Below, piece by piece: positions 1 to 9,091 of a DNA stretch of 64,000 bases. Below the pieces are notes generated by a model that worked only from the letters and a program-made list of their open reading frames with translations, had not been told where the DNA came from and ran no database searches. The translations under genes and the position numbers were made by a program. The first letter of the stretch is position 1. Each line of letters starts with the position of its first letter. The stretch is from NCBI GenBank assembly GCA_030603385.1, contig JAUVXW010000023.1, positions 1 to 64,000 on the forward strand, written 5' to 3'. The DNA is from Promethearchaeota archaeon. Its GTDB lineage: Archaea; Asgardarchaeota; Lokiarchaeia; Sigyniarchaeales; SOKP01.

Positions 1-153
1 ATAGATTTGATAAGGATTTGATATTTCTAAGAAAATATTATTTCTATGTTAAAGATGCATTTAGTAAATTTGATTTTTATCAAGATATTTTAAAATCAGA
101 TTGAATGAAGAATTGGAATTTAAACTTTAATAATTAAGAGGTGTTTATTTTAT

Positions 154-306
154 TTGAAGATATCATTAGAATCACTTGAGATTGCATGGGATTTCTTAGA
201 AAAGAAAGAGTTTTTTGATAGGCTTGGTTTTGAGTTAGTTGGTATTAATGATATCACTAATGAGGAAATTTACCATGTAATGCAAAAGAAGAATGGAACT
301 TTTTGA
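154..306 (+). CDS. Small hypothetical protein (50 aa) or gene remnant
   Basis: Read by hand: TTG start, MKISLESLEIAWDFLEKKEFFDRLGFELVG...GTF*, preceded by GAGGTG SD-like motif at 138-143; below ORF-track cutoff. Confidence 0.35.
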   Translation: MKISLESLEIAWDFLEKKEFFDRLGFELVGINDITNEEIYHVMQKKNGTF

Positions 307-365
307 ATGAATGATATATAATGATATTACCTCTTTTTGTCGCTTATCTGTTAAATGGAAAGGAT

Positions 366-388
366 TTTTTTACCTCTAAGGTAAAAAA
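366..388. repeat. Inverted repeat TTTTTTACCT-cta-AGGTAAAAAA
   Basis: 10-bp perfect arms, 3-nt spacer; same arm motif recurs at 480-515. Confidence 0.8.
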
Positions 389-424
389 TTCACGCGCGTA
401 TGGATAACGTATATATGGAAAATA

Positions 425-446
425 TGCGCCCTCCGGGAATTGAACC
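425..446 (-). pseudogene. Isolated tRNA 3'-end fragment (T-loop, 3' T-stem, 3' acceptor strand; Gly-like), possible att site
   Basis: Minus strand GGTTCAATTCCCGGAGGGCGCA = GG-TTCAATT-CCCGG-AGGGCGC-A; GC-rich island in AT-rich DNA; no 5' half adjacent. Confidence 0.7.
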
Positions 447-479
447 TCAGGTATATATAATATCCATACCAACACAAAT

Positions 480-515
480 AATTTTTTACCTTTGTGTTGC
501 TAAAGGTAAAAAATT
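480..515. repeat. 14-8-14 inverted repeat AATTTTTTACCTTT-gtgttgct-AAAGGTAAAAAATT
   Basis: Perfect 14-bp arms around an asymmetric 8-bp spacer. Confidence 0.85.
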
Positions 516-671
516 CTAAATTAGTGATAAATATATCTCCCATTAAATCATTTATCCGAAATGCAAAATACATATAAAAAAGAATGATGTTGGGAATCAT
601 AACTAAATAAGAGTTTGATCGAATAAAGTATTAGATATTATTTTTGAACTAAGATTAATTTAAATTAATAA

Positions 672-1484
672 TTGACTAATATTATAATAAAAAACACAAA
701 GATATCATTAATAAGTGAGATGAAATCTTCAGATAGAAAAAAAGTAAGTGAGATGATATCTTCTGATAAAGCAAAAATAAAAGATTTAATCGATGAGACT
801 GTTAGGATATTATATTTTATGTCAAATTCTGAAGAATATGATATTGGCAGGTTTATAGGAATTACTCAAAAACCAGCTTACAAGATTTTAATAATAATTA
901 AGATTTTTTTATATGCTTGGTTGTTATTCTCTTTTATTTTTTTACCATTAATGGGGAAAAAGGATTTAATTGTTGATGAAATAATCCTTACTATTTATTT
1001 TTTTATTCAGACATTTAGTTTTCAATATTTTGGATATAGTTTGTCAATATATTCAATTAAGAGAAAAAGATTTCTTAAATATCAAAAACAAATGATCCTT
1101 ATCATTAATAATAGAAATATACATAATCTTATTCAGCAGAACAAAGAATTAGATGCTCAAATTAGACTTCTTAATCAAAAAATTGATTACATTATAAAAA
1201 TATTGAAGACCCCCTTGGATTTTCTAAAATCCTATCAAATTATAGGGTTCCTGAGTTTAATAATTCCTTTACTTACTTTTTTATTTCAAAATATTATTTT
1301 ATCTATAGATATTTTGTCATATGTGATTAATCTTATCACTTTAGTTATTGTATTCTTATTATTATATGTTTTTCCTTTAGCTACGTTTTGGAAACAAAAA
1401 GATTTTAAAGGGTATAGAGGTAAATTAAGAGAAAATTTTGATAAGATTAGAAGGATTCAATCTAGGAATATTGTTGTTTTATAG
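672..1484 (+). CDS. Hypothetical membrane protein (2 TM + coiled coil + 2 TM)
   Basis: 270-aa ORF, four hydrophobic segments, central heptad-like stretch LIQQNKELDAQIRLLNQKIDYI. Confidence 0.7.
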   Translation: MTNIIIKNTKISLISEMKSSDRKKVSEMISSDKAKIKDLIDETVRILYFMSNSEEYDIGRFIGITQKPAYKILIIIKIFLYAWLLFSFIFLPLMGKKDLIVDEIILTIYFFIQTFSFQYFGYSLSIYSIKRKRFLKYQKQMILIINNRNIHNLIQQNKELDAQIRLLNQKIDYIIKILKTPLDFLKSYQIIGFLSLIIPLLTFLFQNIILSIDILSYVINLITLVIVFLLLYVFPLATFWKQKDFKGYRGKLRENFDKIRRIQSRNIVVL

Positions 1485-1957
1485 ATTGGATTTCTTCATT
1501 TCATGAGAATTGAAATTTCATTCAAATTAAATTGATGTAATTTTTTTAACAACGGCGGGTTTTTTAATTTAATTTTTATAATTTATAGCGCAGGAAAAGA
1601 TCTTTAAATTTAATATGTAGATAAAGTAAAAGTGTTATGGATTTTAATTTTCTTAAAAATCGAATTTCCACTGCAACCCTCGAATTATTACCACCTTGAT
1701 AAATTATCTTGATCCACTTTCTTTTTATATCATTCTTATCTCATTAATTCTAGAAAAAGATAATTTTGTAGTAACTTGAACAAAATAGTGATTTTTATCA
1801 CATACTTTTTTGTATGTAAATATGGCCTCTTAAAATTTTAGCTCTTTCTCGACATAATTCTGAAAATTAAAATATCTAATATTTATCTCTATTTTGCATG
1901 ACTATTCTATCTAACTTTCTATAATAATTCTTTTTTGTCGATATCATTGTCTAACTT

Positions 1958-1975
1958 TAGTGAGAGCTCTCACTA
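1958..1975. repeat. Perfect 18-bp palindrome TAGTGAGAGCTCTCACTA
   Basis: Self reverse-complementary, within a non-coding/decayed stretch. Confidence 0.85.
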
Positions 1976-2184
1976 CCGCTGAGAGTCTTTATAAAGAAGT
2001 TTCCATTTTTACCAATTTTTTTTTCCATCACCACAAAGACGATGGGGAAATTCTCCAGTGGAAAAAAAGGAGTGTGCAAAAAAGTGATAATGGCCTAATA
2101 ATTGAGGAAAAATGATTGATAAGATTTATTAGTTGTTCCGACATAATAACCTTATTAACCAAAAAGAAAGAGTATTAACTATTT

Positions 2185-2472
2185 TCATTCTTCACGCCAC
2201 GTGTATTTACACTTTACACATCTAAAAAAATGAGTACTTGGCTCATCAGAGCTTCTAATTTGTGTATGCCAAGTTTCAGCTTCCTTATGTTGACATTTAG
2301 GGCATATTCTTTTAACTATTGGATGAATAGAAATTTTATCTTCTTTGTTAACTATTATCAGATTTTTTTCTAAAGCTTCTTTCTTCTTCTGAACACTTTC
2401 ATGATCTATTGAAGTGTCTAGATTTTCTTGATAGCCACACTTACATGCAAGATAAAAGAATTTGAATTTCAA
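2185..2472 (-). CDS. tfs: Transcription factor S (TFS/RpoM family), N-terminal zinc ribbon incomplete; possibly frameshifted
   Basis: C-terminal CPKC...QIRSSDEPSTHFFRCVKC..WRE zinc ribbon with DE acidic hairpin; first CxxC of N-terminal ribbon missing. Confidence 0.8.
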   Translation of the reverse strand: MKFKFFYLACKCGYQENLDTSIDHESVQKKKEALEKNLIIVNKEDKISIHPIVKRICPKCQHKEAETWHTQIRSSDEPSTHFFRCVKCKYTWREE

Positions 2473-2591
2473 TTCATAGAAATAGTGTCATTAGTGTGGT
2501 ATAATTTCATAAAAACGATCTAGTTTGGGTAGTTTTCTTTAAATACTTCTGTTCCAATAGTCTAACAAAATCAAAAAATATTATTGAGAAT

Positions 2592-3044
2592 ATGCGAAAC
2601 ACTCAAAAAAAAATACTAATAATATCCCTTGTAGTAGTAAGTGTAATTTTAGGGTTTACAATGAGCGAAATCTTTAACTCACAGCCTATCAAAATTCAGA
2701 AGCATGATTTAGTGAAAATAGATTATCAAATGTGGGAATCAGACAAATACAGAGATCATGACATTCTCAATCCTTTATTCGATGATATAATATGGATTAC
2801 TGTGATTCCAATTACCGAAAACTCTTCTTCGGGACTAATCTTAGGACTATATAATAACCTTGTAGGGAAAAAGAAATTTTATGAAAGTGAATTAATATGG
2901 CTAGATAAATGCATTGACCAAGATCGTAATGGAATTGATGATATCACAGGAGATGTCGCCTTAAGTTATGGAAACAGCACAGATCAATATTTTAACACTT
3001 GTCTGATGATTAAATTTAAAGTACTTGATATTCAAAAAACTTAA
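2592..3044 (+). CDS. Membrane-anchored FKBP-fold-like protein
   Basis: N-terminal TM; IQKHDLVKIDY, GLILGLYNNLVG and LMIKFKVLDI resemble FKBP strands; DQDRNGIDD Ca-binding-like loop. Confidence 0.5.
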   Translation: MRNTQKKILIISLVVVSVILGFTMSEIFNSQPIKIQKHDLVKIDYQMWESDKYRDHDILNPLFDDIIWITVIPITENSSSGLILGLYNNLVGKKKFYESELIWLDKCIDQDRNGIDDITGDVALSYGNSTDQYFNTCLMIKFKVLDIQKT

Positions 3045-3141
3045 GTGATATTTACAAGCAATGTTGACAACAGTATAAAGCCTACTCATTTGCAATTTTT
3101 AGTCGTATTAAGTATCTTTTTACGTTAGTATTAAAATAAAA

Positions 3142-3606
3142 TTAGGGTAATGTTTTATTCTTAATTTTTTCTTTTAATCCTTTTAATGCTTTCGACCATG
3201 CATTTTCAAAATAATTACGGGCTTCCTGCCATTCTGAATCCTTTTTCCAGCCTGTATGGAATAAATGAATAATTGTCTTATTTGGTTTATTTGTATTATG
3301 AGTAAAAAAAACAATCACATGTGTAAGAGGATTAGCGATATTCATAAAAGATTTGAATTGAATAGGCCCTTTCCAGTCAAATGAAATGAATTTGTTCTTC
3401 TCAATCCCAGTAATTTTGCAACCAATAGTACTATTGTTTTTTCTGTTTTCAGGTTTCCAGTAAAGTTCATATTTCCCACCAATTTTAGGTTCTACTTCAG
3501 CTTTTTCAGTTAACCATCTCTCTAATAAATCATTTATAGTAAACAGTTTAAAAGCTATATTTACATTACAATCTAATTCTTCTCTAATCAGAATGATGTT
3601 TTCCAT
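3142..3606 (-). CDS. SRPBCC/AHSA1-like domain protein
   Basis: LERWL..AEVEPKIGGKYEL.W, ISFDW, TIIHLFHTGW, ENAWSKAL. Confidence 0.85.
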   Translation of the reverse strand: MENIILIREELDCNVNIAFKLFTINDLLERWLTEKAEVEPKIGGKYELYWKPENRKNNSTIGCKITGIEKNKFISFDWKGPIQFKSFMNIANPLTHVIVFFTHNTNKPNKTIIHLFHTGWKKDSEWQEARNYFENAWSKALKGLKEKIKNKTLP

Positions 3607-3754
3607 TTTCTATTATCCTTTGAATATTCACTCAATTTTTTTTTTTTTTTTATAATAAATATAATAAAATGATTTCTTATAAGCCTACAAAGAAAATTTT
3701 TTAAGAAAAGAAACGAATTATAGATCAATATAGGATAAGTTACCCTATCCCCAT

Positions 3755-4435
3755 TTGATAATTTTGTCACAAAAAAATTCTGAAGATAGCATTCTGACCA
3801 AACAAATACAAGATATTTCAGTTAAAAATAATGAATCAGAAGAGAATGAGATAGAAAGAGAAAATTCTTCCGTTTGGCTTGAGAAGGAATCTTTTCGAAT
3901 TGCTTTAATTAGCACATTTACAGCATTAGCAATTGTATTGGGATATTTATTGGCATATATACCTAATATAGAGTTATTTACTCTTACAATTTTTTTATCA
4001 GGTTTTATCTTAGGGAAAAGAGATGGAATGATTGTTGGGTTTTTAAGTTCATTAATTTTTTGTTTTTTCAATCCCCTTGGCGCTTCTCCTTTACCACTTT
4101 TAGCTTTTCAATTAACACATTATTCATTAACAGGATTATTAGGAGCATTGACTAATGACGTTCTAAATAAAAGGAGTTTCTTTACATTCGACGAAGATTT
4201 ATATAAAGTCCCTGTGATGGTTATATTTGGAATTCTAGGAGCTATAATTACTATTAGTTTTCAAGTTTTTTCATCTCTAGTCAATGTTTTTACATTTTAT
4301 GATTCAATCGAAGAATTTTTGCCATATTTCGTTATTGGAATCCCTTTTACAATAACACACATTATTGGGAATACACTTGGATTTATTTTCATTTTACCTG
4401 GATTAATCTATCTAGTTCATAATATGGTTTGTTAA
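3755..4435 (+). CDS. ECF transporter S-component-like membrane protein
   Basis: IALISTFTAL...YIPNIELFTL...G...G..VG pattern, about 6 TM, HIIGN near C-terminus; true start may be downstream. Confidence 0.75.
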   Translation: MIILSQKNSEDSILTKQIQDISVKNNESEENEIERENSSVWLEKESFRIALISTFTALAIVLGYLLAYIPNIELFTLTIFLSGFILGKRDGMIVGFLSSLIFCFFNPLGASPLPLLAFQLTHYSLTGLLGALTNDVLNKRSFFTFDEDLYKVPVMVIFGILGAIITISFQVFSSLVNVFTFYDSIEEFLPYFVIGIPFTITHIIGNTLGFIFILPGLIYLVHNMVC

Positions 4436-4441
4436 TATAGC

Positions 4442-4594
4442 TTAAAAAATAGCAAGTAAAGCTATAGTAGAAGGGAACATCATTACAATTAAGATTATTA
4501 GCCAAATAATTATGCATCTACTCCTTTTTTTCTCATCTTAATTATTCTCATCAATTTCAATATCATCTAGTTCTCTATTCAGATTGGAGTCCAT
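4442..4594 (-). pseudogene. Small tail-anchored protein ORF interrupted by one in-frame TAA
   Basis: MDSNLNRELDDIEIDENN*DEKKRSRCIIIWLIILIVMMFPSTIALLAIF*; internal stop at 4538-4540. Confidence 0.5.
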
Positions 4595-4668
4595 TTTATC
4601 ATCAATAAAAAGTAAATATGTCGTAAAATTTAATCTAAGAAGTAGATATTAAAATTAAATTGAATCAA

Positions 4669-5148
4669 TTATTTTATTTCGGAGAGTAAATTAATATTTC
4701 CCCCAGCTGCTTCGATTTTCTCAACAGCTCTTTTGGAGGCATTTTTAACAGTTATATTAATCCTTTTATTAATTTCTCCACGCCCCAATACTTTCTGTAT
4801 ATTAATCTCATTTAAATTAATACTGTAGGTATTTCCAGATTTAGAAGCCTTTTTTTCTATAACTAAAGCTTCGATTTTATGATCCAAATCTTTAATATTT
4901 AGAGTATTTACTTGATAAATTCGGGTTATATCTTGAGGTCTCTTAAAACCTTTTTTTTCGAAATCCCAATCAGGATCTGGAAATCCTAATTCTTTTTGTT
5001 TTAAGTAATAACTTTTTTTACTTTTTTTCCATTGAGTCGTTTTGCCCCTCCCAGCGCGTTGTCCAGATTTCCTATGCTGTCCCACTCTACCATACCCATG
5101 TGTTCTCGTGCCTCTCATTTTTCTTACTTTTCTATCATGATTTCTCAT
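4669..5148 (-). CDS. rpl15p: 50S ribosomal protein uL15
   Basis: KVRKMRGTRTHGYGRVGQHRKSG, KVLGRG, AVEKIEAAGG. Confidence 0.97.
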   Translation of the reverse strand: MRNHDRKVRKMRGTRTHGYGRVGQHRKSGQRAGRGKTTQWKKSKKSYYLKQKELGFPDPDWDFEKKGFKRPQDITRIYQVNTLNIKDLDHKIEALVIEKKASKSGNTYSINLNEINIQKVLGRGEINKRINITVKNASKRAVEKIEAAGGNINLLSEIK

Positions 5149-5168
5149 TTGTTTCCTTCACCTACTCA

Positions 5169-5693
5169 TTATAACATTTTATAAATTAAATCATTTATGT
5201 AATGCCCAACATATCCAAGTGTACCACCTTCAGCGTAATGTTTTTTTATTGTACCTCGATATCCTTTTCTTGGGGGGTGTAAGCGGAATACAGGTTTAAT
5301 TTTATATATTTCTTTTTCTCGAAATTGTATCTCTCCATTAAGCAATGCTTTTGAAAGTTCTTTAAACGTTTTAAAATCTGTTAAGTTTTTTAAATGCTCT
5401 TCTGTGAGTGGTTTATTCCCCTCAACCCTTCCCCTTACTCTTAATAACCTAACTAATGTTTTATCATCAATTTCTCCATATGTTATATAATCTTTACATT
5501 TTATAAGCATTCCTCTATAGCTCTTTGTTCCCCAAATGAGAACACCATGATTTACTTTATGCATTCTAAGCATTTTAAGAGTGTCAAGATTTTTGCGCTT
5601 CATACCAGGTGCCCCTCTTATACGAATTGCAAAGTAGAGCTTTGGGACATATTCAGTTTCTTTTGACTTGATTTTTTTTTTTGCCATTGCCAT
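5169..5693 (-). CDS. rpl30p: 50S ribosomal protein uL30 (archaeal L30p/L7e-type)
   Basis: AIRIRG, TLKMLRMHKVNH, FRLHPPRKG; start moved to ATG 5693 (SD GAGTGGTG) to avoid overlap with S5. Confidence 0.95.
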   Translation of the reverse strand: MAMAKKKIKSKETEYVPKLYFAIRIRGAPGMKRKNLDTLKMLRMHKVNHGVLIWGTKSYRGMLIKCKDYITYGEIDDKTLVRLLRVRGRVEGNKPLTEEHLKNLTDFKTFKELSKALLNGEIQFREKEIYKIKPVFRLHPPRKGYRGTIKKHYAEGGTLGYVGHYINDLIYKML

Positions 5694-5712
5694 ATTAGCA
5701 CCACTCATTTTC

Positions 5713-6327
5713 TTATATATTAAAGTTAAATTTATGAGCATTTTTTAAGGCATCATAAGTTGCCTTTACAAGGTTTTCACTTGTTCGAGTATCACCAAAT
5801 GTTTTACTCCAGATATCTTCAATTCCACATAATCTTAAAACTTGTTTTACCTTATCAGCACATGCTAATCCCACACCAACAGGGGCTGGAATAAGTTGTA
5901 TCCGAACTGAACCACATTTACCTTTTACTCTAAAAGGAATACTATGAGTTCCCCCACATCCGCATTCTTTGCTTCCACAACCTCTAAGTACCGGTATGAT
6001 AGAAAGTTTAGCTTTGTCGATTGCTTTCCTTATTGCCGGTCCAACTTCACGGCTCTTACCTGAGCTAATACCAATAAATCCGTCAGTTCCTACGATTACA
6101 ACAGCTTTGAATTTGCTACGTTGGCCACTAGCTGTCATTTGTTGAACCATAGCAATATTTATGACATCTTCTTTGATCTGTGGAAGTAATGTATTAATGA
6201 TTTCTTTTTCCTTTACTACTAGATTATTTTGATAAATTTTATCTAAAGTAATTAGACCTTGTTTTACAAGTTCACCCAGTCGTGTTTTTGGGAGCCATTC
6301 TTCTTCATTCTTTCTTAATCGACTCAT
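5713..6327 (-). CDS. rps5p: 30S ribosomal protein uS5
   Basis: WLPKTRLGELVK, VQQMTASGQR, GCGSKECGCG, GKCGSV. Confidence 0.98.
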   Translation of the reverse strand: MSRLRKNEEEWLPKTRLGELVKQGLITLDKIYQNNLVVKEKEIINTLLPQIKEDVINIAMVQQMTASGQRSKFKAVVIVGTDGFIGISSGKSREVGPAIRKAIDKAKLSIIPVLRGCGSKECGCGGTHSIPFRVKGKCGSVRIQLIPAPVGVGLACADKVKQVLRLCGIEDIWSKTFGDTRTSENLVKATYDALKNAHKFNFNI

Positions 6328-6342
6328 TTTTAATCACATAAT

Positions 6343-6936
6343 TTAAGCATTATTTTCTATCTTTTTTATAGAATCTGAAAAAATCTGACTAATTTTCTGT
6401 GGATTTACTTTTTTTTGATTGAGATAACCAGAAAATATTTGCTCATAATTTTCTGGATCTTCTGATTTTAATTTTTTTGCGTAATTTTCAATATGAATAC
6501 CTTTTATTCTTTCCTCTATATTATCAGGAAAAAATTCTTCATGATACGGTATTTGTAATTCTGTATCTATTAATCCTTTACAAGCAGCTAGAACTCGATT
6601 TCTATGATAAAAAATACCGAGATCAAATATTGCTTCTTGGATGTTGTTCTTTTTTGCTCTTATTCCTGCTAAGTAACCTGTCAAATAAGATGCGGGGATA
6701 TTCCCAGTATTAGCGATCCATCCATAATTTGAAGATAATTCTTTAGAAAAAGCAGATATTAGAACTTTATCACCACCTAATTTGGATTGGACAATTTGAA
6801 TCCTTGTATGATTATTTGAAACTCTAATTACTACCCTTAACTTTCTTGATTTTAATAGCTTTAATCTCTTATGATAATCGGTTTTACCTTTAAATCGTCT
6901 TTGGGGTGGTCTTCTATATCTGGGTCCGCGTGCCAT
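6343..6936 (-). CDS. rpl18p: 50S ribosomal protein uL18
   Basis: MARGPRYR..RR.KGKTDY.KRLKLL, GNIPASYLTG. Confidence 0.98.
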   Translation of the reverse strand: MARGPRYRRPPQRRFKGKTDYHKRLKLLKSRKLRVVIRVSNNHTRIQIVQSKLGGDKVLISAFSKELSSNYGWIANTGNIPASYLTGYLAGIRAKKNNIQEAIFDLGIFYHRNRVLAACKGLIDTELQIPYHEEFFPDNIEERIKGIHIENYAKKLKSEDPENYEQIFSGYLNQKKVNPQKISQIFSDSIKKIENNA

Positions 6937-6939
6937 GTC

Positions 6940-7395
6940 CTATCTACCTCTTCTTATTAATTCCTTTTCTTTTATATATCGATTTAATTGGGCAACACTT
7001 GTGAACATTCCGCCTTTAGCATTTTTATATAATTTCCGATAATTTGCAACTGTGATTAGTTTTCTATCTCTTAATTTTCTCAATTCTCTTCTTAATGGGC
7101 GGATTCGCTTAATCCACGCTCTCTTTTTTGGTGTTCTTGCGTGCTTCGTTCCCTTCCTTTTTCCAAGGCCTCTCGCTCTTCCTTTCTTCTTTCTCTCATG
7201 TCGAACATTTTTTCTTTGCTTTGAGATACCTTTCTTATATTTCTTTTGAATTACTCCTTGCTTTATTAAATTGCGTATATCTTCACGTGTAATAGCAAGA
7301 GAGATATCTTCAACTAAATATGGATCAAAGTAAACTCTATTCTCCCCACACTTGAGAATCTCTGCAGCCATTCTTCTCTGTGGCTTTAAATTCAT
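6940..7395 (-). CDS. rpl19e: 50S ribosomal protein eL19
   Basis: QRRMAAEILKCGENRV, AITREDIR, GKRKGT, WIKRIR. Confidence 0.98.
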   Translation of the reverse strand: MNLKPQRRMAAEILKCGENRVYFDPYLVEDISLAITREDIRNLIKQGVIQKKYKKGISKQRKNVRHERKKKGRARGLGKRKGTKHARTPKKRAWIKRIRPLRRELRKLRDRKLITVANYRKLYKNAKGGMFTSVAQLNRYIKEKELIRRGR

Positions 7396-7423
7396 TTTTA
7401 TGTTCCTCTAATTTTTCTTAATC

Positions 7424-7906
7424 TCATATAGAATCTTCTAAATCATCGATATCAATAAAATCTTCACTTTCTAAATCTGCTATAGGAGCCTCTGCCATTT
7501 TTTCTAACATTTCAATTTCTTTTTGTGAGACTCCAAGGTTTAATATTTTAAAACCTCTTCTTTGGCAATAATCTGTTAATACAATGCGCTTCTTAGCCCC
7601 TAATTTTCCAGAAATTTTTATTGCATGTTTATTTTTATTTAAATTTTTTAAATCATCAAATGTAAAAATTAATACTTCTATATACCCAGAAGGATGTAAC
7701 CCTCTAACTTTTTTTGGACCTCTGTACCCTATTGTTGGAGATTTGACACCTGATTTCTTTTTCTCTCGAGTTTTTGAGTCAATACCCCTTGCTTTCCTCC
7801 AAGAATCCTTTACTCTTTTATATCTCCAGGATTCAACTCGCCTGAAAGACGGTCTTTTTTTACTCATCTTTTTCCTCAGTTTCATCAATCTCTTATCTTG
7901 AACCAC
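7424..7906 (-). CDS. rpl32e: 50S ribosomal protein eL32 with acidic C-terminal tail
   Basis: RPSFRR.ESWRYKR...WRK.RGIDSK, RGLHPSG. Confidence 0.98.
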   Translation of the reverse strand: MVQDKRLMKLRKKMSKKRPSFRRVESWRYKRVKDSWRKARGIDSKTREKKKSGVKSPTIGYRGPKKVRGLHPSGYIEVLIFTFDDLKNLNKNKHAIKISGKLGAKKRIVLTDYCQRRGFKILNLGVSQKEIEMLEKMAEAPIADLESEDFIDIDDLEDSI

Positions 7907-7921
7907 AATGAAAACCTCATT

Positions 7922-8500
7922 TTAAGTAATTTCCCAGATAATATCTTCTCCCAATTGCTTTCGATATAAGTAAACCCCATCTTGGAAAACTCTGGGATCT
8001 TTTTTTCTTATCCTACACGCTCTTTTAACATTTGCAGCGCTTTGACCAAGTGTTTCTTTATCTGGACCAATAAAATAAACATCTTCTCCTTTAACTTCCA
8101 CCTTTACATTATTTGGATATTTAGCCTTTCTCGGGGCTCTTTCTCCTAAGAAATTTTCAATAAAAATGGTCTGGTTTTTTTCATCTACTCGAACACTACA
8201 TGGGAAATGGGAATAGGCAATCTTTGAGACGTATTTATAATTAGTTTGAACACCTATAATCAGGTTATTAATGATGCTAACTACCGTTTTTATTAATGCT
8301 AATGTTCCACTTTTAGGGAAATTAGTTGAAAAAACAACTTTATTATCTTTAATTGTAACTTTTATTCCCGTTATATGTGAAAAATCTTTTGTGATATCTC
8401 CATTAGCCCCTTTAACTCTAATATGATGACCTCCTTCCAATAAAACCTTAACTCCGTCAGGAATCTCCAATTCTTCTTTAAAGAACGCTATTTTTACCAT
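7922..8500 (-). CDS. rpl6p: 50S ribosomal protein uL6
   Basis: YSHFP, IENFLGER, KDPRVFQDGVY. Confidence 0.98.
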   Translation of the reverse strand: MVKIAFFKEELEIPDGVKVLLEGGHHIRVKGANGDITKDFSHITGIKVTIKDNKVVFSTNFPKSGTLALIKTVVSIINNLIIGVQTNYKYVSKIAYSHFPCSVRVDEKNQTIFIENFLGERAPRKAKYPNNVKVEVKGEDVYFIGPDKETLGQSAANVKRACRIRKKDPRVFQDGVYLYRKQLGEDIIWEIT

Positions 8501-8522
8501 TTTTAATTACCTCATAGAATTA

Positions 8523-8906
8523 TTAATAAATATAACATAAAGTATGTCCACCTATATTCTTTTCCTCAGCTTCTTTCATTGTCATTATTCCTTCATTTGT
8601 AGTAAAAATGATTAATCCTAAACCTGGTGCGGGTAGTAGTCGTCTTTCCAAAAAATCAAATTGATTAATTTTATAATTCAATCTTATTAAACCAGCACAT
8701 TCATTAATTCTACCTAGTAATGCTATTTTGAATTTTCCTTGACGACCATCATCATATCTTTCAAATTCTCCAATATAAGCATGTCTTTGGAAGATCCTAA
8801 GTATCTGTTGAATAATTTTAGACGCTGGACTGATTATAACTTCTTTTTTACGTGCTCTTTCTGCATTCTTAAGAGCACAACATGTATCTGCGAGTGAATT
8901 TACCAA
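8523..8906 (-). CDS. rps8p: 30S ribosomal protein uS8
   Basis: LKNAE, PASK, YIGEFE..DDGRQG, LGRINEC, LPAPGLG, IGG; TTG start. Confidence 0.97.
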   Translation of the reverse strand: MVNSLADTCCALKNAERARKKEVIISPASKIIQQILRIFQRHAYIGEFERYDDGRQGKFKIALLGRINECAGLIRLNYKINQFDFLERRLLPAPGLGLIIFTTNEGIMTMKEAEEKNIGGHTLCYIY

Positions 8907-8941
8907 ACCTTTTCACATCCTTTTATCATTTTTCTATTTTC

Positions 8942-9091
8942 TTATTCATATCTTTTAAATCCAATATCCTTCCCAATTTCATAAAAGCAACGTCTACATA
9001 TGTACAAACCATATCTCCTAATTATTCCTCGATGGGTATGACAACGCCGACATTCTCTTTGTCCTTTACCATAACGCTTGCCTTGTGGAAT
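8942..9091 (-). CDS. rps14p: 30S ribosomal protein uS14 (Zn-binding), ATT start; absent from ORF track
   Basis: (M)[48 protein letters not shown]; canonical position between L5 and S8; SD GGTGA 6 nt upstream of ATT. Confidence 0.93.
   Translation of the reverse strand: MPQGKRYGKGQRECRRCHTHRGIIRRYGLYICRRCFYEIGKDIGFKRYE

Noticed and set aside
425-446. Split-tRNA 3' half
   Set aside because: No clean BHB half or GC-rich complementary leader could be built; an att-type fragment is more parsimonious
376-600. 74-aa minus-strand ORF
   Set aside because: Runs through the tRNA fragment and inverted repeats; no recognisable protein features
3588-4071. Minus-strand ORFs 3588-3770 and 3745-4071
   Set aside because: Antisense to the ECF S-component gene or crossing a poly-T tract
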